Assembly (NCBI GenBank): GCA_031554725.1
Contig: JAVBUZ010000058.1
Coordinates: 410-64,409, forward strand
Source: Lachnospiraceae bacterium
GTDB taxonomy: Bacteria; Bacillota; Clostridia; Lachnospirales; Lachnospiraceae
DNA: 64,000 bases
Direction of reading: 5' to 3'
The notes beneath the pieces were generated by a model that made no database searches, was not told the DNA's origin, and worked only from the letters and a program-made list of their open reading frames with translations. A program made the position numbers and the translations under genes. This document shows, piece by piece, positions 10,089-18,659 of the stretch. The stretch's first letter is position 1, and each line of letters begins with the position of its first letter.

Positions 10089-11030
10089 ATGAATAAATCA
10101 GATAAAATATATGTTGCAGGTCACAGAGGCCTAGTAGGTAGTGCAATTGTAGAATCCTTAAACAAAAAAGGCTATGAGAACATTATCGGAAAAGGCCACG
10201 GAGAATTAGATTTAACAAATCAGGCGGCAGTAAAGGATTTTTTTGAAAAAGAAAAACCAGACATTGTTATATTGGCTGCGGCAAAGGTGGGCGGAATTAA
10301 TGCAAATAATACGGCGCCAGCTGAGTTTGCTTATGAAAATCTTCAGATACAATGTAATGTGATTAAAAGTGCTCATGATACTGGCGTAAAGAAATTATTA
10401 TTTTTAGGAAGTACCTGTATATATCCTAAAATGGCAGAGCAACCTATTGTGGAGGACGCGCTGCTTACAGGAGAGCTTGAACCTACAAATGAGGCTTATG
10501 CGATTGCAAAGATTGCAGGTCTAGAGATGTGCAAGTATTTCAAAAGACAGTATGGTGACAATTTTATAAGTTGCATGCCAACGAATCTTTATGGCCCACG
10601 CGATAATTACGATTTAGAAGGCTCTCATGTAATGCCAGCCATGATACGTAAGTTCCATGAAGCCAAGGTGGCAGGTGCGGCAAGTGTAGAATTATGGGGA
10701 ACAGGAACACCACTACGCGAGTTTTTGTATGTAGAAGATATGGCGGATGCATGTGTGTTTTTGCTTGAAAACTATGAAGGTGAGCAGCACGTGAATATAG
10801 GAACTGGAAAAGAAATTTCTATTATGGAATTAGCCAATACAGTAAAGGAAACGGTTGGGTTCCAAGGGGAAATTATATGGAACAAGAATATGCCAGATGG
10901 TACACCAAGAAAGCTGACAAATGTGGATAAATTGCATGCAATGGGATGGAAACATAAGGTAGAGCTTAATGAAGGCGTAAAATTGGCATATAAGTGGTTC
11001 TGCGAGAATGTAGACACGGCTAGAATGTAG
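10089..11030 (+). CDS. fcl: GDP-L-fucose synthase (GDP-4-keto-6-deoxymannose 3,5-epimerase/4-reductase)
   Basis: [15 protein letters not shown], the YxxxK motif in YAIAKIAG, and [10 protein letters not shown]. It starts 1 nt after the gmd stop. Confidence 0.9.
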   Translation: MNKSDKIYVAGHRGLVGSAIVESLNKKGYENIIGKGHGELDLTNQAAVKDFFEKEKPDIVILAAAKVGGINANNTAPAEFAYENLQIQCNVIKSAHDTGVKKLLFLGSTCIYPKMAEQPIVEDALLTGELEPTNEAYAIAKIAGLEMCKYFKRQYGDNFISCMPTNLYGPRDNYDLEGSHVMPAMIRKFHEAKVAGAASVELWGTGTPLREFLYVEDMADACVFLLENYEGEQHVNIGTGKEISIMELANTVKETVGFQGEIIWNKNMPDGTPRKLTNVDKLHAMGWKHKVELNEGVKLAYKWFCENVDTARM

Positions 11031-11145
11031 AATAGGAAGCCACATTTTAATAGACACAAAGGGCGCCATCTGTTATCCTAATGGAAGAATCATAGTATCA
11101 AATTTGGAAATAAACAGTGGATATGTAAAATATCTATAGGAGGTC

Positions 11146-12078
11146 ATGATGGCTTTATTGAGTGTCATAGTACCCTGTTATAATGAGCAGGAGACGGTAA
11201 GAGATTTTTACTTGGAATTTATCAAAAATGCTCCTTTCTTTGAAAAAGAGGATATTACATTTGAAATTTTATATGTAAATGATGGATCACGTGACAATAC
11301 AGTAGAAGAGATTAAGAAACTGCATGATGAGGATGCAAGAGTACATCTAATATCCTTTTCTAGGAACTTTGGAAAAGAAGCAGCAATGTACGCTGGCTTG
11401 CAAAAGTGCAAGGGAGACTATGTAGTTATTATGGATGTAGATTTGCAAGATCCCCCAGCTATTTTGCCAGAAATGTTTTCTTATATTAAGAATGGATATG
11501 ATTCTGTAGCAACTAGAAGAGTAAGTCGAAAGGGTGAACCAGTAATTCGCTCACTTTTTGCGCGGATATTCTATCGCTTGATGAAAAAAATTTCAAAAAC
11601 AGAAATTATGGATGGGGCAAGGGACTACCGCTTAATGACAAGACAGGTAGTAGATGCCATTTTATCTATGAATGAATATAATCGATTTACGAAAGGAATA
11701 TTTGGTTGGGTTGGTTTTGAGACCAAATGGATTGAGTTTGAAAATGTAGAGAGAACAAAAGGCGAGACTAAGTGGAACTTTTGGAAGCTTCTACTATACT
11801 CCTTTGAGGGAATCACAGCGTTTTCTACAGCGCCTCTATCTTTTGCAGCTGTGATAGGTGTCTTATTTTGTATGCTAGCCGTATGCCTTGTGTTGTTTAT
11901 TATTATTCGAACCGCAGTTTTTGGCGACCCTGTATCTGGTTGGCCATCACTTGTTTGTATTATTTCCATGATAAGTGGCGTACAATTGTTTTGTATAGGG
12001 ATTGTTGGACAATATTTGGCGAAAACGTATATGGAAGTAAAAAGACGTCCGATTTATTTGATAAAAGAAGAAATCTAG
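11146..12078 (+). CDS. GtrB-like polyprenyl-phosphate glycosyltransferase (GT2), copy 1
   Basis: SVIVPCYNEQ, NDGSRDNT, SRNFGKEAA and MDVDLQDPP, plus two C-terminal TM helices and the terminal KRRPIYLIKE. The architecture matches GtrB/CsbB. Confidence 0.8.
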   Translation: MMALLSVIVPCYNEQETVRDFYLEFIKNAPFFEKEDITFEILYVNDGSRDNTVEEIKKLHDEDARVHLISFSRNFGKEAAMYAGLQKCKGDYVVIMDVDLQDPPAILPEMFSYIKNGYDSVATRRVSRKGEPVIRSLFARIFYRLMKKISKTEIMDGARDYRLMTRQVVDAILSMNEYNRFTKGIFGWVGFETKWIEFENVERTKGETKWNFWKLLLYSFEGITAFSTAPLSFAAVIGVLFCMLAVCLVLFIIIRTAVFGDPVSGWPSLVCIISMISGVQLFCIGIVGQYLAKTYMEVKRRPIYLIKEEI

Positions 12079-12132
12079 GTGAAAATGCGGTAGATTAAGT
12101 AAGATACTTGATGTGATATGCTGATTTACGCG

Positions 12133-12155
12133 ATGAAAATAACTTTTCATTTTTC
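12133..12155 (+). terminator. Weak AT-rich hairpin after GtrB-like copy 1
   Basis: ATGAAAA-taac-TTTTCAT followed by TTTTC. The stem has only one G-C pair. Confidence 0.3.
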
Positions 12156-12159
12156 GACA
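12153..12159. promoter_or_regulatory. Perfect Spo0A-box heptamer (TTCGACA, the reverse complement of TGTCGAA)
   Basis: It is an exact consensus heptamer 68 nt upstream of the GTG start of the Spo0A_C-only gene. A 7-mer is expected several times by chance in 64 kb, so position is the only argument. Confidence 0.25.
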
Positions 12160-12226
12160 ATTGTGCTAAGATAGTGTTGCATTTTGGTAATGGCAATACA
12201 CGGCACATAAGGAAGGGGATTTCATT

Positions 12227-12604
12227 GTGGATATTGCTAAAGTTACTGACATCGAACTAGAGAAGTACATTACTAAAATTATGTTAGACATAGGGGTACC
12301 GGCGCATCTAAAAGGGTACCATTACTTAAGGGATGCAATTCTTCTGTCAGGGAGGGATATGGAGGTAGTGAGCAGCGTTACAAAATTGTTGTATCCTGTC
12401 ATTGCTAGACATTTTAGAACTACCGATCAAAAAGTAGAAAGAGCGATAAGAAATGCGATAGAAGTATCTTGGGTTAGGGGAAACACAGATACTTTTCACG
12501 AACTCTTTGGCTACAGTGTTGAAACGGGGAAAAATAGACCGACAAACAGCGAGTACATTGCGAGAATTGCAGATAAGATTAGGCTTGATATTAGAGCTAT
12601 GTAA
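12227..12604 (+). CDS. Stand-alone Spo0A C-terminal (DNA-binding effector) domain protein, with no receiver domain
   Basis: Full-length similarity to the Spo0A effector domain: GVPAHLKGYHYLRDAI, VTKLLYPVIARHF, VERAIRNAIEVSWVRGN, LFGY, RPTNSEYIARIADKIRL. GTG start preceded by GGAAGGGG. Only 125 aa. Confidence 0.85.
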   Translation: MDIAKVTDIELEKYITKIMLDIGVPAHLKGYHYLRDAILLSGRDMEVVSSVTKLLYPVIARHFRTTDQKVERAIRNAIEVSWVRGNTDTFHELFGYSVETGKNRPTNSEYIARIADKIRLDIRAM

Positions 12605-12674
12605 CGTTAACATAAGATATTTGGGAAATAAGATTATATTAAATCGTATTCCCATTGCCAAGGTGCAGAGCTAG

Positions 12675-12716
12675 TGGTAGGTTCGGAAAATTCCAAACCT
12701 ACCATTTCTTTGTCTT
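12675..12716 (+). terminator. Rho-independent terminator after the Spo0A_C gene
   Basis: TGGTAGGTT ... AACCTACCA, a 9-bp stem, followed by TTTCTTTGTCTT. Confidence 0.75.
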
Positions 12717-12719
12717 AAG

Positions 12720-12748
12720 TTGTGCGAATATCATAAATGTGGTAAAAT
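12720..12748 (+). promoter_or_regulatory. Putative sigma-A promoter with extended -10 for the downstream glycan genes
   Basis: -35 TTGTGC (12720-12725), a 17-nt spacer ending in TGG, then -10 TAAAAT (12743-12748). Confidence 0.5.
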
Positions 12749-12757
12749 GTCCAAGAT

Positions 12758-13717
12758 ATGTTGGAAGAAATAAAAGAATATTTTCAGCCCTTGAAAAGGA
12801 GAATTCTGGAAGTTATTATGAAAAAACAAAACGTGAGCTTAATAGATCAAATAATTATAGGAAGCTTTATTGTTCTAGGAATAGCAGAGGCTTCACACCT
12901 ATTAACCTTTATACTTGGTATGGAATTTCGTATCTGTGCGACAATTATGGGTATGGGGTTGCTACTATTTGCGGTGGTAAATATTTTCTACAGAGCAAAA
13001 ATGAGAAGAAAAGCAAAATCTTTTCATAAGAATAAAAACTATGCAATTGGTAAGTTTCCAGGCTGGTGCATGTTGATTGCAGGCTTAATTCTGTTTCAAG
13101 TTATTTGGAACTATTATATACAAGAACCATATGTAGAAACGGATATTACGGTAGAAACAGTTCAGACAATTCTTTCTACGAATAGTATTTACGAGATAAA
13201 TCCAATGACTGGAAGAGCATTTACAGAAGGAATGCCAATGCGCCTTAAAATACTTGTGCTACCAGTATTTTATGCAACAATAGGTTTATGGAGCAATGCT
13301 TCGGTGCAGACTATCTGTTATGAGTGGATTCCAACTTTGGTCTTATTACTTAGCTATCTTGTATACAGCAGGTGGGCGGTATATTTGTTTCCAGAGGAAA
13401 GAAAAAAACAATGCATCTTTCTATTTTTTATTGTGCTTTTAAATCAGTTTGGAAATTATGCGACGACTACGGAGAGTTTTTTGCTGTTTTCGAGTGGTTT
13501 TTCTGGTGAAGCAATAAGGGTAGCCGTCATTTTACCATACGTGCTTTTGTCATGCTTGGAAAGGAAATGGTTACGTGCCATATTAGGTGCATTTGCAGAG
13601 CTTTGCATTGTTTGGACCTTCTATGGTTTGGGATATTCGATACTTATTATTGCATTAGTCATATTGATTCGTTTTGTGAAAGGAGTATGTGCGAAAAATG
13701 CAAGAACTCATAAATAA
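12758..13717 (+). CDS. Polytopic membrane protein, unknown family (about 8 TM)
   Basis: It is a long hydrophobic ORF. The probable true start is the ATG at 12818 (MKKQNVSL...), because the putative promoter -10 ends at 12748. Confidence 0.6.
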   Translation: MLEEIKEYFQPLKRRILEVIMKKQNVSLIDQIIIGSFIVLGIAEASHLLTFILGMEFRICATIMGMGLLLFAVVNIFYRAKMRRKAKSFHKNKNYAIGKFPGWCMLIAGLILFQVIWNYYIQEPYVETDITVETVQTILSTNSIYEINPMTGRAFTEGMPMRLKILVLPVFYATIGLWSNASVQTICYEWIPTLVLLLSYLVYSRWAVYLFPEERKKQCIFLFFIVLLNQFGNYATTTESFLLFSSGFSGEAIRVAVILPYVLLSCLERKWLRAILGAFAELCIVWTFYGLGYSILIIALVILIRFVKGVCAKNARTHK

Positions 13718-14522
13718 TATGGAACATGGATATTTGCAGGTAACGGGTGGTGGGCAGTATTTGGCGCTTTTTTTCTTGGCAAGTATTATGCTTGTGCTAT
13801 ATAAAGGAAAAAAGGAAAAGGAACTTTATATTTATGGAATCGTTGTGATTTTTCTTTTACTGTGTCCCCTTACGGCATTTGGCTTACTAAAATATCAGAC
13901 GGCTTTTTATTCATATGCAAGCCTATGGAACTTACTTCCCTTAATCTTGGTAATAGCATATGCGGCAGTGATTATACTTCATATGGCAAGGCAATATAGT
14001 GTGGGGAAACCTGTGATTGGGCATAAGAAATATGGAGAACCCCTACTTGTTTTTTTGATTTCTTTACTGATTTTTATGGCAGGTACGATTTCCTTTGCAA
14101 AGGAGAATACGGTAAAGGCAGCAAATTCGTTTAAAATACCAGCGGAAGAGCTGGAAGTTTTGCAAGAGGTAAGTAGCTTGAATGGTGCGGTTTTGCTGGG
14201 ACCGGATAAGTTGCTTGAATATGCTAGAGCATATAGTGGAGAGTTAGAGCTAATATATGGTAGGAATATGTGGAATCCAGCGTTAAATGCCTATACATAT
14301 GATACCTATTCAGCAGATTTAATCAGGCTTCATGATTGGATGAACGGCGAGGGAGATATGTCTCCTGATGAGGCTCTTAAAATTGCGTTTGCTCATGACT
14401 GTAATGTGCTTGTTCTTGAGAAAGAGGCTTTTAACAATGAGCTGCAAAAAACATTAAATAAGATAGAAACCTTTAGCTATGCAGGTGAGATAGGAAATTA
14501 TGTGATCTTGATACATAGCTGA
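13689..14522 (+). CDS. Membrane protein with a C-terminal soluble domain, unknown family
   Basis: Four to five TM helices are followed by a soluble tail of about 130 aa. It overlaps the previous ORF by 29 nt in another frame. Possible starts are GTG 13689 and ATG 13698. Confidence 0.6.
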   Translation: MRKMQELINNMEHGYLQVTGGGQYLALFFLASIMLVLYKGKKEKELYIYGIVVIFLLLCPLTAFGLLKYQTAFYSYASLWNLLPLILVIAYAAVIILHMARQYSVGKPVIGHKKYGEPLLVFLISLLIFMAGTISFAKENTVKAANSFKIPAEELEVLQEVSSLNGAVLLGPDKLLEYARAYSGELELIYGRNMWNPALNAYTYDTYSADLIRLHDWMNGEGDMSPDEALKIAFAHDCNVLVLEKEAFNNELQKTLNKIETFSYAGEIGNYVILIHS

Positions 14523-14546
14523 TGGATAAAGTGAGGAACGCCATAG

Positions 14547-15311
14547 ATGGAAAATCAAGGTAAGGTAAGTGTTGTTATTCCGATTTATAATGCAGAAGGC
14601 TATATTGCAGAAACGATAGAGAGTGTTTTAAATCAAGATTATGGGAATTGGGAATTGCTTTTAGTGGATGATTTATCTACGGACAATAGTATCAAGGTTA
14701 TGGAAGATATTGCAAGAAGGCATTCAGATAGAGAAATTTACATTCTTAAGCAAGAAGAAAATGGCGGTGCTGCAAGGGCAAGAAATAGAGGCGTAGAAGA
14801 AGCGAAGGGAAGATATATTGCTTATTTAGACGCAGATGATATTTGGGAAGAAAGTAAATTATCAGAGCAGCTTTTTTTCATGAAAGAGCAAAATGCGGCC
14901 TTTTCCTTTACGGGATATGAGTTTGCGGATGAAAATGGTGTAGGCACAGGAAAGGTAGTATCTGTACCTTTGACCATTAGTTATAAGGAAGCATTGCGAA
15001 ATACCACTATTTTTACAACTACAGTAATTTTTGATACAGATTTAATTGCGAAAGAAATGCTTGAGATGCCAAGGATAAAAAGTGAAGATACAGCGCTTTG
15101 GTGGAAGGTTCTAAGAAATGGATATGTAGGGTATGGGCTTAATCGAAACCTTGCAAGATATAGACGAGCAGGAAAAACATTATCCTCCAACAAGCTAGAA
15201 GCTATTAGACGAATTTGGAATTTATATCGACAGGCAGAAGGACTTTCTTTTCTTTATAGTATATACAATTTTTGCTTTTGGGCACTGCGTGCGGTGAAGC
15301 GAAGGGTATAG
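14547..15311 (+). CDS. Family 2 glycosyltransferase
   Basis: VSVVIPIYNAEGYI, VDDLSTDNS and YLDADDIW (DxD motif). Confidence 0.85.
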   Translation: MENQGKVSVVIPIYNAEGYIAETIESVLNQDYGNWELLLVDDLSTDNSIKVMEDIARRHSDREIYILKQEENGGAARARNRGVEEAKGRYIAYLDADDIWEESKLSEQLFFMKEQNAAFSFTGYEFADENGVGTGKVVSVPLTISYKEALRNTTIFTTTVIFDTDLIAKEMLEMPRIKSEDTALWWKVLRNGYVGYGLNRNLARYRRAGKTLSSNKLEAIRRIWNLYRQAEGLSFLYSIYNFCFWALRAVKRRV

Positions 15312-15330
15312 TAAAGAATGTGGTAAGACA

Positions 15331-15349
15331 TGGTAAAATATGTTATACT
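15331..15349 (+). promoter_or_regulatory. Two adjacent extended -10-like elements upstream of the large phosphoglycosyltransferase
   Basis: TGGTAAAAT (15331-15339) and TGTTATACT (15341-15349). I see no good -35. Confidence 0.3.
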
Positions 15350-15393
15350 CATAAAAATATAAATCTACCAAATGATGAAGTAGGAGAAGCTAA

Positions 15394-16797
15394 GTGAAAA
15401 AGTTGGAATCGTTTAAAAGACTAATCTCTTTAACAATGTCAGGTATATGTTTGGGAGTTCAAGTATTGGTATTTGTATACTTTTGGAATTTTCATTACTT
15501 TAATGATATAAAAAAATATTTGGATTTTTGGAACAAAGGACATTGGGTTATTGCTGCAATTTATGCGGTACTTTTATTCTTCTTTACAAATATGTATGGT
15601 GGTGCAAGACTAGGATATTTAAAAAATACAGAGATTGTCTTTTCGCAGATATTTGCTTCCGTAGCAGTTAATGCCATTACCTATTGTCAGATTTCATTAA
15701 TGGTGATGGAACCATACTATTTTAAAACCTATATTACCATGATGATAATCCAAATGGTTTGGATATTTATTTGGACAACCATATCAGGTTATGTTTATAA
15801 AAATGTTTTCCCACCAAGAAGATTATTGGTGGTGCACGGTGATAGACCAATAGATTCTTTGCTACTTAAATTTAATAGTAGAAAGGATAAGTTTGAAATA
15901 AGCAAGTGTATGCATATAAAAGCAGGCTTGGATGCCATAAGGGCAGAGGCGTTAGAACGCTATGATGCAGTGGTTCTTTGGGATATAGAAGACGAGGAAC
16001 GAAGTGCACTTTTGAAATTTTGCTATGGTCAAGGGATTCGTATTTATACAATGCCAAAGATTTCTGATGTTATTTTGAAGGGGTCAGAGGAGTTGCATAT
16101 TTTTGATACACCGCTTTTTCTTACTAGGGAATATTGCTTAACAATTGAACAACGAGTTTTGAAAAGAGCTATAGATCTCTTTTTTTCCATTTTACTTTTT
16201 ATCATTACAATTCCATTTATGATACTTACAGCCTTGGCTGTTAAGCTATATGACAAAGGACCAATTTTGTACAAACAGCTGCGTTGTACTACGGGAGGAA
16301 AAGAGTTTTATATTCTGAAATTCCGAAGTATGCGAATGGATGCAGAGAAGGATGGTGTAGCCAGACTTGCCTCTAAAGGCGACTCAAGAATTACACCCGT
16401 GGGCAAGTTTATTCGTAAGGTACGACTGGATGAGCTACCACAGCTTATGAATATCATCAAGGGAGATATGTCCTTTATTGGGCCACGACCAGAGAGACCA
16501 GAGATTATAGCTCAGTATATGGAAATTATGCCAGAGTTTGCTTTTAGAATGAAAGTAAAGGCAGGATTAGCAGGGTATGCTCAAGTATATGGAAAGTATA
16601 ATACTACACCCTATGACAAGCTAAAGCTAGACTTGGCCTATATCGAAAACTATTCCGTATGGCTAGACATTAAACTTATGCTTTTGACGCTAAAGGTGCT
16701 TTTGTGGCCTGATAGTACGGAGGGTGTAGAGGCTGATCAAATCACAGCTCTACGAGAAGAAATTGAAGAAAAACCAAGAAAAAAACAAGACCAGTGA
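15394..16797 (+). CDS. Large polyprenyl glycosylphosphotransferase (WbaP/CpsE-type initiating enzyme)
   Basis: GTG start after AGGAG. N-terminal TM bundle, central Rossmann-like segment, and a C-terminal bacterial sugar transferase domain (KRAIDLFFSI..., ILKFRSMRMDAE, LDELPQL, GDMSFIGPRPERP). Confidence 0.85.
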   Translation: MKKLESFKRLISLTMSGICLGVQVLVFVYFWNFHYFNDIKKYLDFWNKGHWVIAAIYAVLLFFFTNMYGGARLGYLKNTEIVFSQIFASVAVNAITYCQISLMVMEPYYFKTYITMMIIQMVWIFIWTTISGYVYKNVFPPRRLLVVHGDRPIDSLLLKFNSRKDKFEISKCMHIKAGLDAIRAEALERYDAVVLWDIEDEERSALLKFCYGQGIRIYTMPKISDVILKGSEELHIFDTPLFLTREYCLTIEQRVLKRAIDLFFSILLFIITIPFMILTALAVKLYDKGPILYKQLRCTTGGKEFYILKFRSMRMDAEKDGVARLASKGDSRITPVGKFIRKVRLDELPQLMNIIKGDMSFIGPRPERPEIIAQYMEIMPEFAFRMKVKAGLAGYAQVYGKYNTTPYDKLKLDLAYIENYSVWLDIKLMLLTLKVLLWPDSTEGVEADQITALREEIEEKPRKKQDQ

Positions 16798-16815
16798 TAG
16801 TGGGAGGAAACTAGG

Positions 16816-17868
16816 ATGTGGGAAGCAAAGTATGCCAAGGAGCCTTTTGATTTAAAACTCGTGGTATTGTGTTTTGCTAAAAAAATATGGATTCCCATTT
16901 TGGCCGCTTTCATAGGAGCGGCTGTTTTTGGTGGTGGGTATTTTGTAAAAAACGTGGTATTTGGTGGACCGGTGACTTTTGAAATGACCAGCCAATATTA
17001 TGTAGAATATGGAATTGACCCGCAGGTGGGAAACGAATACACATATATTAACAGTGAAACATGGAATGGCTGGGTTACGACAGATTATTTTATTCAACTC
17101 GTGCTAGAAAATGAGAACGTAAGTAAATATGCTCTAAGTAAAACAGATTTTCAACAATATTTTTCTGCAACCTTAGCAACAGATCTTCGCATTCCAAGTA
17201 GCAAGGTAGTTACTCAAAGTAAAGAGATGACGGCGGACTTGGGTAAGGCATTGGAAGAGGCTTTTGTAGCATTTGGCGAAAAGCAAAAGGAAATTAATGA
17301 AATAACGGTAGTAGATAGCACCGAGGTGACGCAAACAAAAGCAGATATTAGAACAATGAGAGCAACAATTCTAGGAGGGCTTATTGGTCTGTTTTTTGCA
17401 TGCGTTATTATGCTTTTATACTTTTTAATTGATGATTCAATTTATGTTCCAGCCACCTTTTCCTATCGATATGGAATTCCTATGCTGGGCGTAATATTTG
17501 CAGGTCTTAAGACTTCTACAGAACTAGAGGAAAATATAAGCTATGTTCTAGGCAAGGAGGGTAAAATAGCGGTGACTGCATTGGAGCCAGAGATTGATTT
17601 GACAGAGGCAGCGCAGGCGATGAATTTAGGAAGCTATGTATGTGTACCAAGCCCAGAACAGCTGCCAGAGGCGGCAAGGATATTAAGAGAAGCCGAAAAA
17701 GTAGTTCTTTTAATTGAGGCAGGTGCTCATAATGGAAAAAGAATAGAAACCTTATTGCAATATTTGAAAACCCAAGACTGTAAGATAGATGGTGCTGTTT
17801 TATATAATGGAGATGAACACTTAATAGCGGCTTATTGTTATTCTGGTTTTAGAGGAGTAGACAAATGA
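16816..17868 (+). CDS. Wzz/PCP-like chain-length protein fused to a degenerate kinase-like C-terminal domain without a P-loop
   Basis: The topology is TM1, a 150-aa loop, then TM2. Next comes DDSIY...YGIPMLGVI, and then a tail shaped like a BY-kinase domain (KIAVTALEPEIDLTEAAQ..., KVVLLIEAGAHNG, IDGAVLYNGD). It reads LEPEIDLT where Walker A would be expected. Confidence 0.55.
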   Translation: MWEAKYAKEPFDLKLVVLCFAKKIWIPILAAFIGAAVFGGGYFVKNVVFGGPVTFEMTSQYYVEYGIDPQVGNEYTYINSETWNGWVTTDYFIQLVLENENVSKYALSKTDFQQYFSATLATDLRIPSSKVVTQSKEMTADLGKALEEAFVAFGEKQKEINEITVVDSTEVTQTKADIRTMRATILGGLIGLFFACVIMLLYFLIDDSIYVPATFSYRYGIPMLGVIFAGLKTSTELEENISYVLGKEGKIAVTALEPEIDLTEAAQAMNLGSYVCVPSPEQLPEAARILREAEKVVLLIEAGAHNGKRIETLLQYLKTQDCKIDGAVLYNGDEHLIAAYCYSGFRGVDK

Positions 17869-18659
17869 AAAAAGAAATGACGTTGCAGCTTTTGGTAGCA
17901 GCCATGGGTAAGGATGCTCTAGAGCTAGCAAAAGAAATGAATATCGGCAGCGATGCGATTATTGTAAGCCAAGGTGAGGAATACTCCTATCAAGAAGTGG
18001 ATTATAAGGGAAAGACAATAAAGTATTTTTCTATGGCAGAACGTGGAGTTGGTCTTAGCAGAAACCATGCACTACTGCGAGCAGATCATGACATTAGTGT
18101 TTTTGCAGATGAAGATATTGTATATACAGATGACTATGCGGAGCAAATTTGCAAGGCATTTGAAGATCACCCCGAAGCAGATATGCTGATGTTCAATGTG
18201 GAGGCATCTCAGGGAAGAGAAACCTATCACATCGAAAAGTTTGGGAGAGTGAGAAGCTATAACTGTGCAAGGTATTCAACCTATAGTGTGGCAGTAAAAA
18301 CTGAAAAGATTCACAAACGAAATATTACGTTTTCTCTTTTGTTTGGCGGTGGAGCTAAGTATAGTAATGGTGAGGACAGCTTATTTATTAGCGAATGCAT
18401 TAGAAAAGGGATGAAGGTGTATAAGGTTCCGGTATTAATTGGAAGAGAGCAAGAAGGGGAATCTACTTGGTTTAGTGGATATAACAGAAAGTTCTTTTTT
18501 GACCGTGGAGTTCTGTATCACTATTTATATGGAGGGCTAAAAACTCTTATGTCATTACGTTTTTTACTAGCACATAAAGCAAAAATGTGTAACGAGATTC
18601 CATGGAAAGAAGCATTCAAAATAATGAGAGAAGGAATAAAGGAAGCGGAGGAATCATAA
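17865..18659 (+). CDS. Putative GT-A fold glycosyltransferase
   Basis: About 260 aa and soluble, with RGVGLSRNHALLRA and an acidic FADEDIVY motif in the DxD position. It overlaps the upstream stop by 4 nt. Confidence 0.5.
   Translation: MKKEMTLQLLVAAMGKDALELAKEMNIGSDAIIVSQGEEYSYQEVDYKGKTIKYFSMAERGVGLSRNHALLRADHDISVFADEDIVYTDDYAEQICKAFEDHPEADMLMFNVEASQGRETYHIEKFGRVRSYNCARYSTYSVAVKTEKIHKRNITFSLLFGGGAKYSNGEDSLFISECIRKGMKVYKVPVLIGREQEGESTWFSGYNRKFFFDRGVLYHYLYGGLKTLMSLRFLLAHKAKMCNEIPWKEAFKIMREGIKEAEES

Noticed and set aside
12605-12817. I looked for an invertible (phase-variable) promoter upstream of the glycan genes, as in Bacteroides capsule loci. I also checked 47060-47146 and 61662-61798.
   Set aside because: The only inverted repeats are close-spaced hairpins, meaning a terminator and one imperfect stem at 12621-12655. 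Nothing flanks a promoter at 100-300 bp spacing, and no recombinase gene is present in the window.
12655-13029. A 124-aa + strand ORF begins in the Spo0A_C to membrane-gene spacer.
   Set aside because: It runs through the terminator hairpin and the promoter-like element and then overlaps the membrane protein ORF out of frame. Its sequence is basic and low-complexity with no motifs.
13421-13440. A 20-nt near-identical match (ct[a/g]ttttttattgtgctttt) links 13421-13440, inside a CDS, with 26501-26520, which is intergenic.
   Set aside because: It is short, T-rich and single-copy at each site, with no flanking similarity. It is most likely chance in AT-rich sequence and not a mobile-element end or recombination site.
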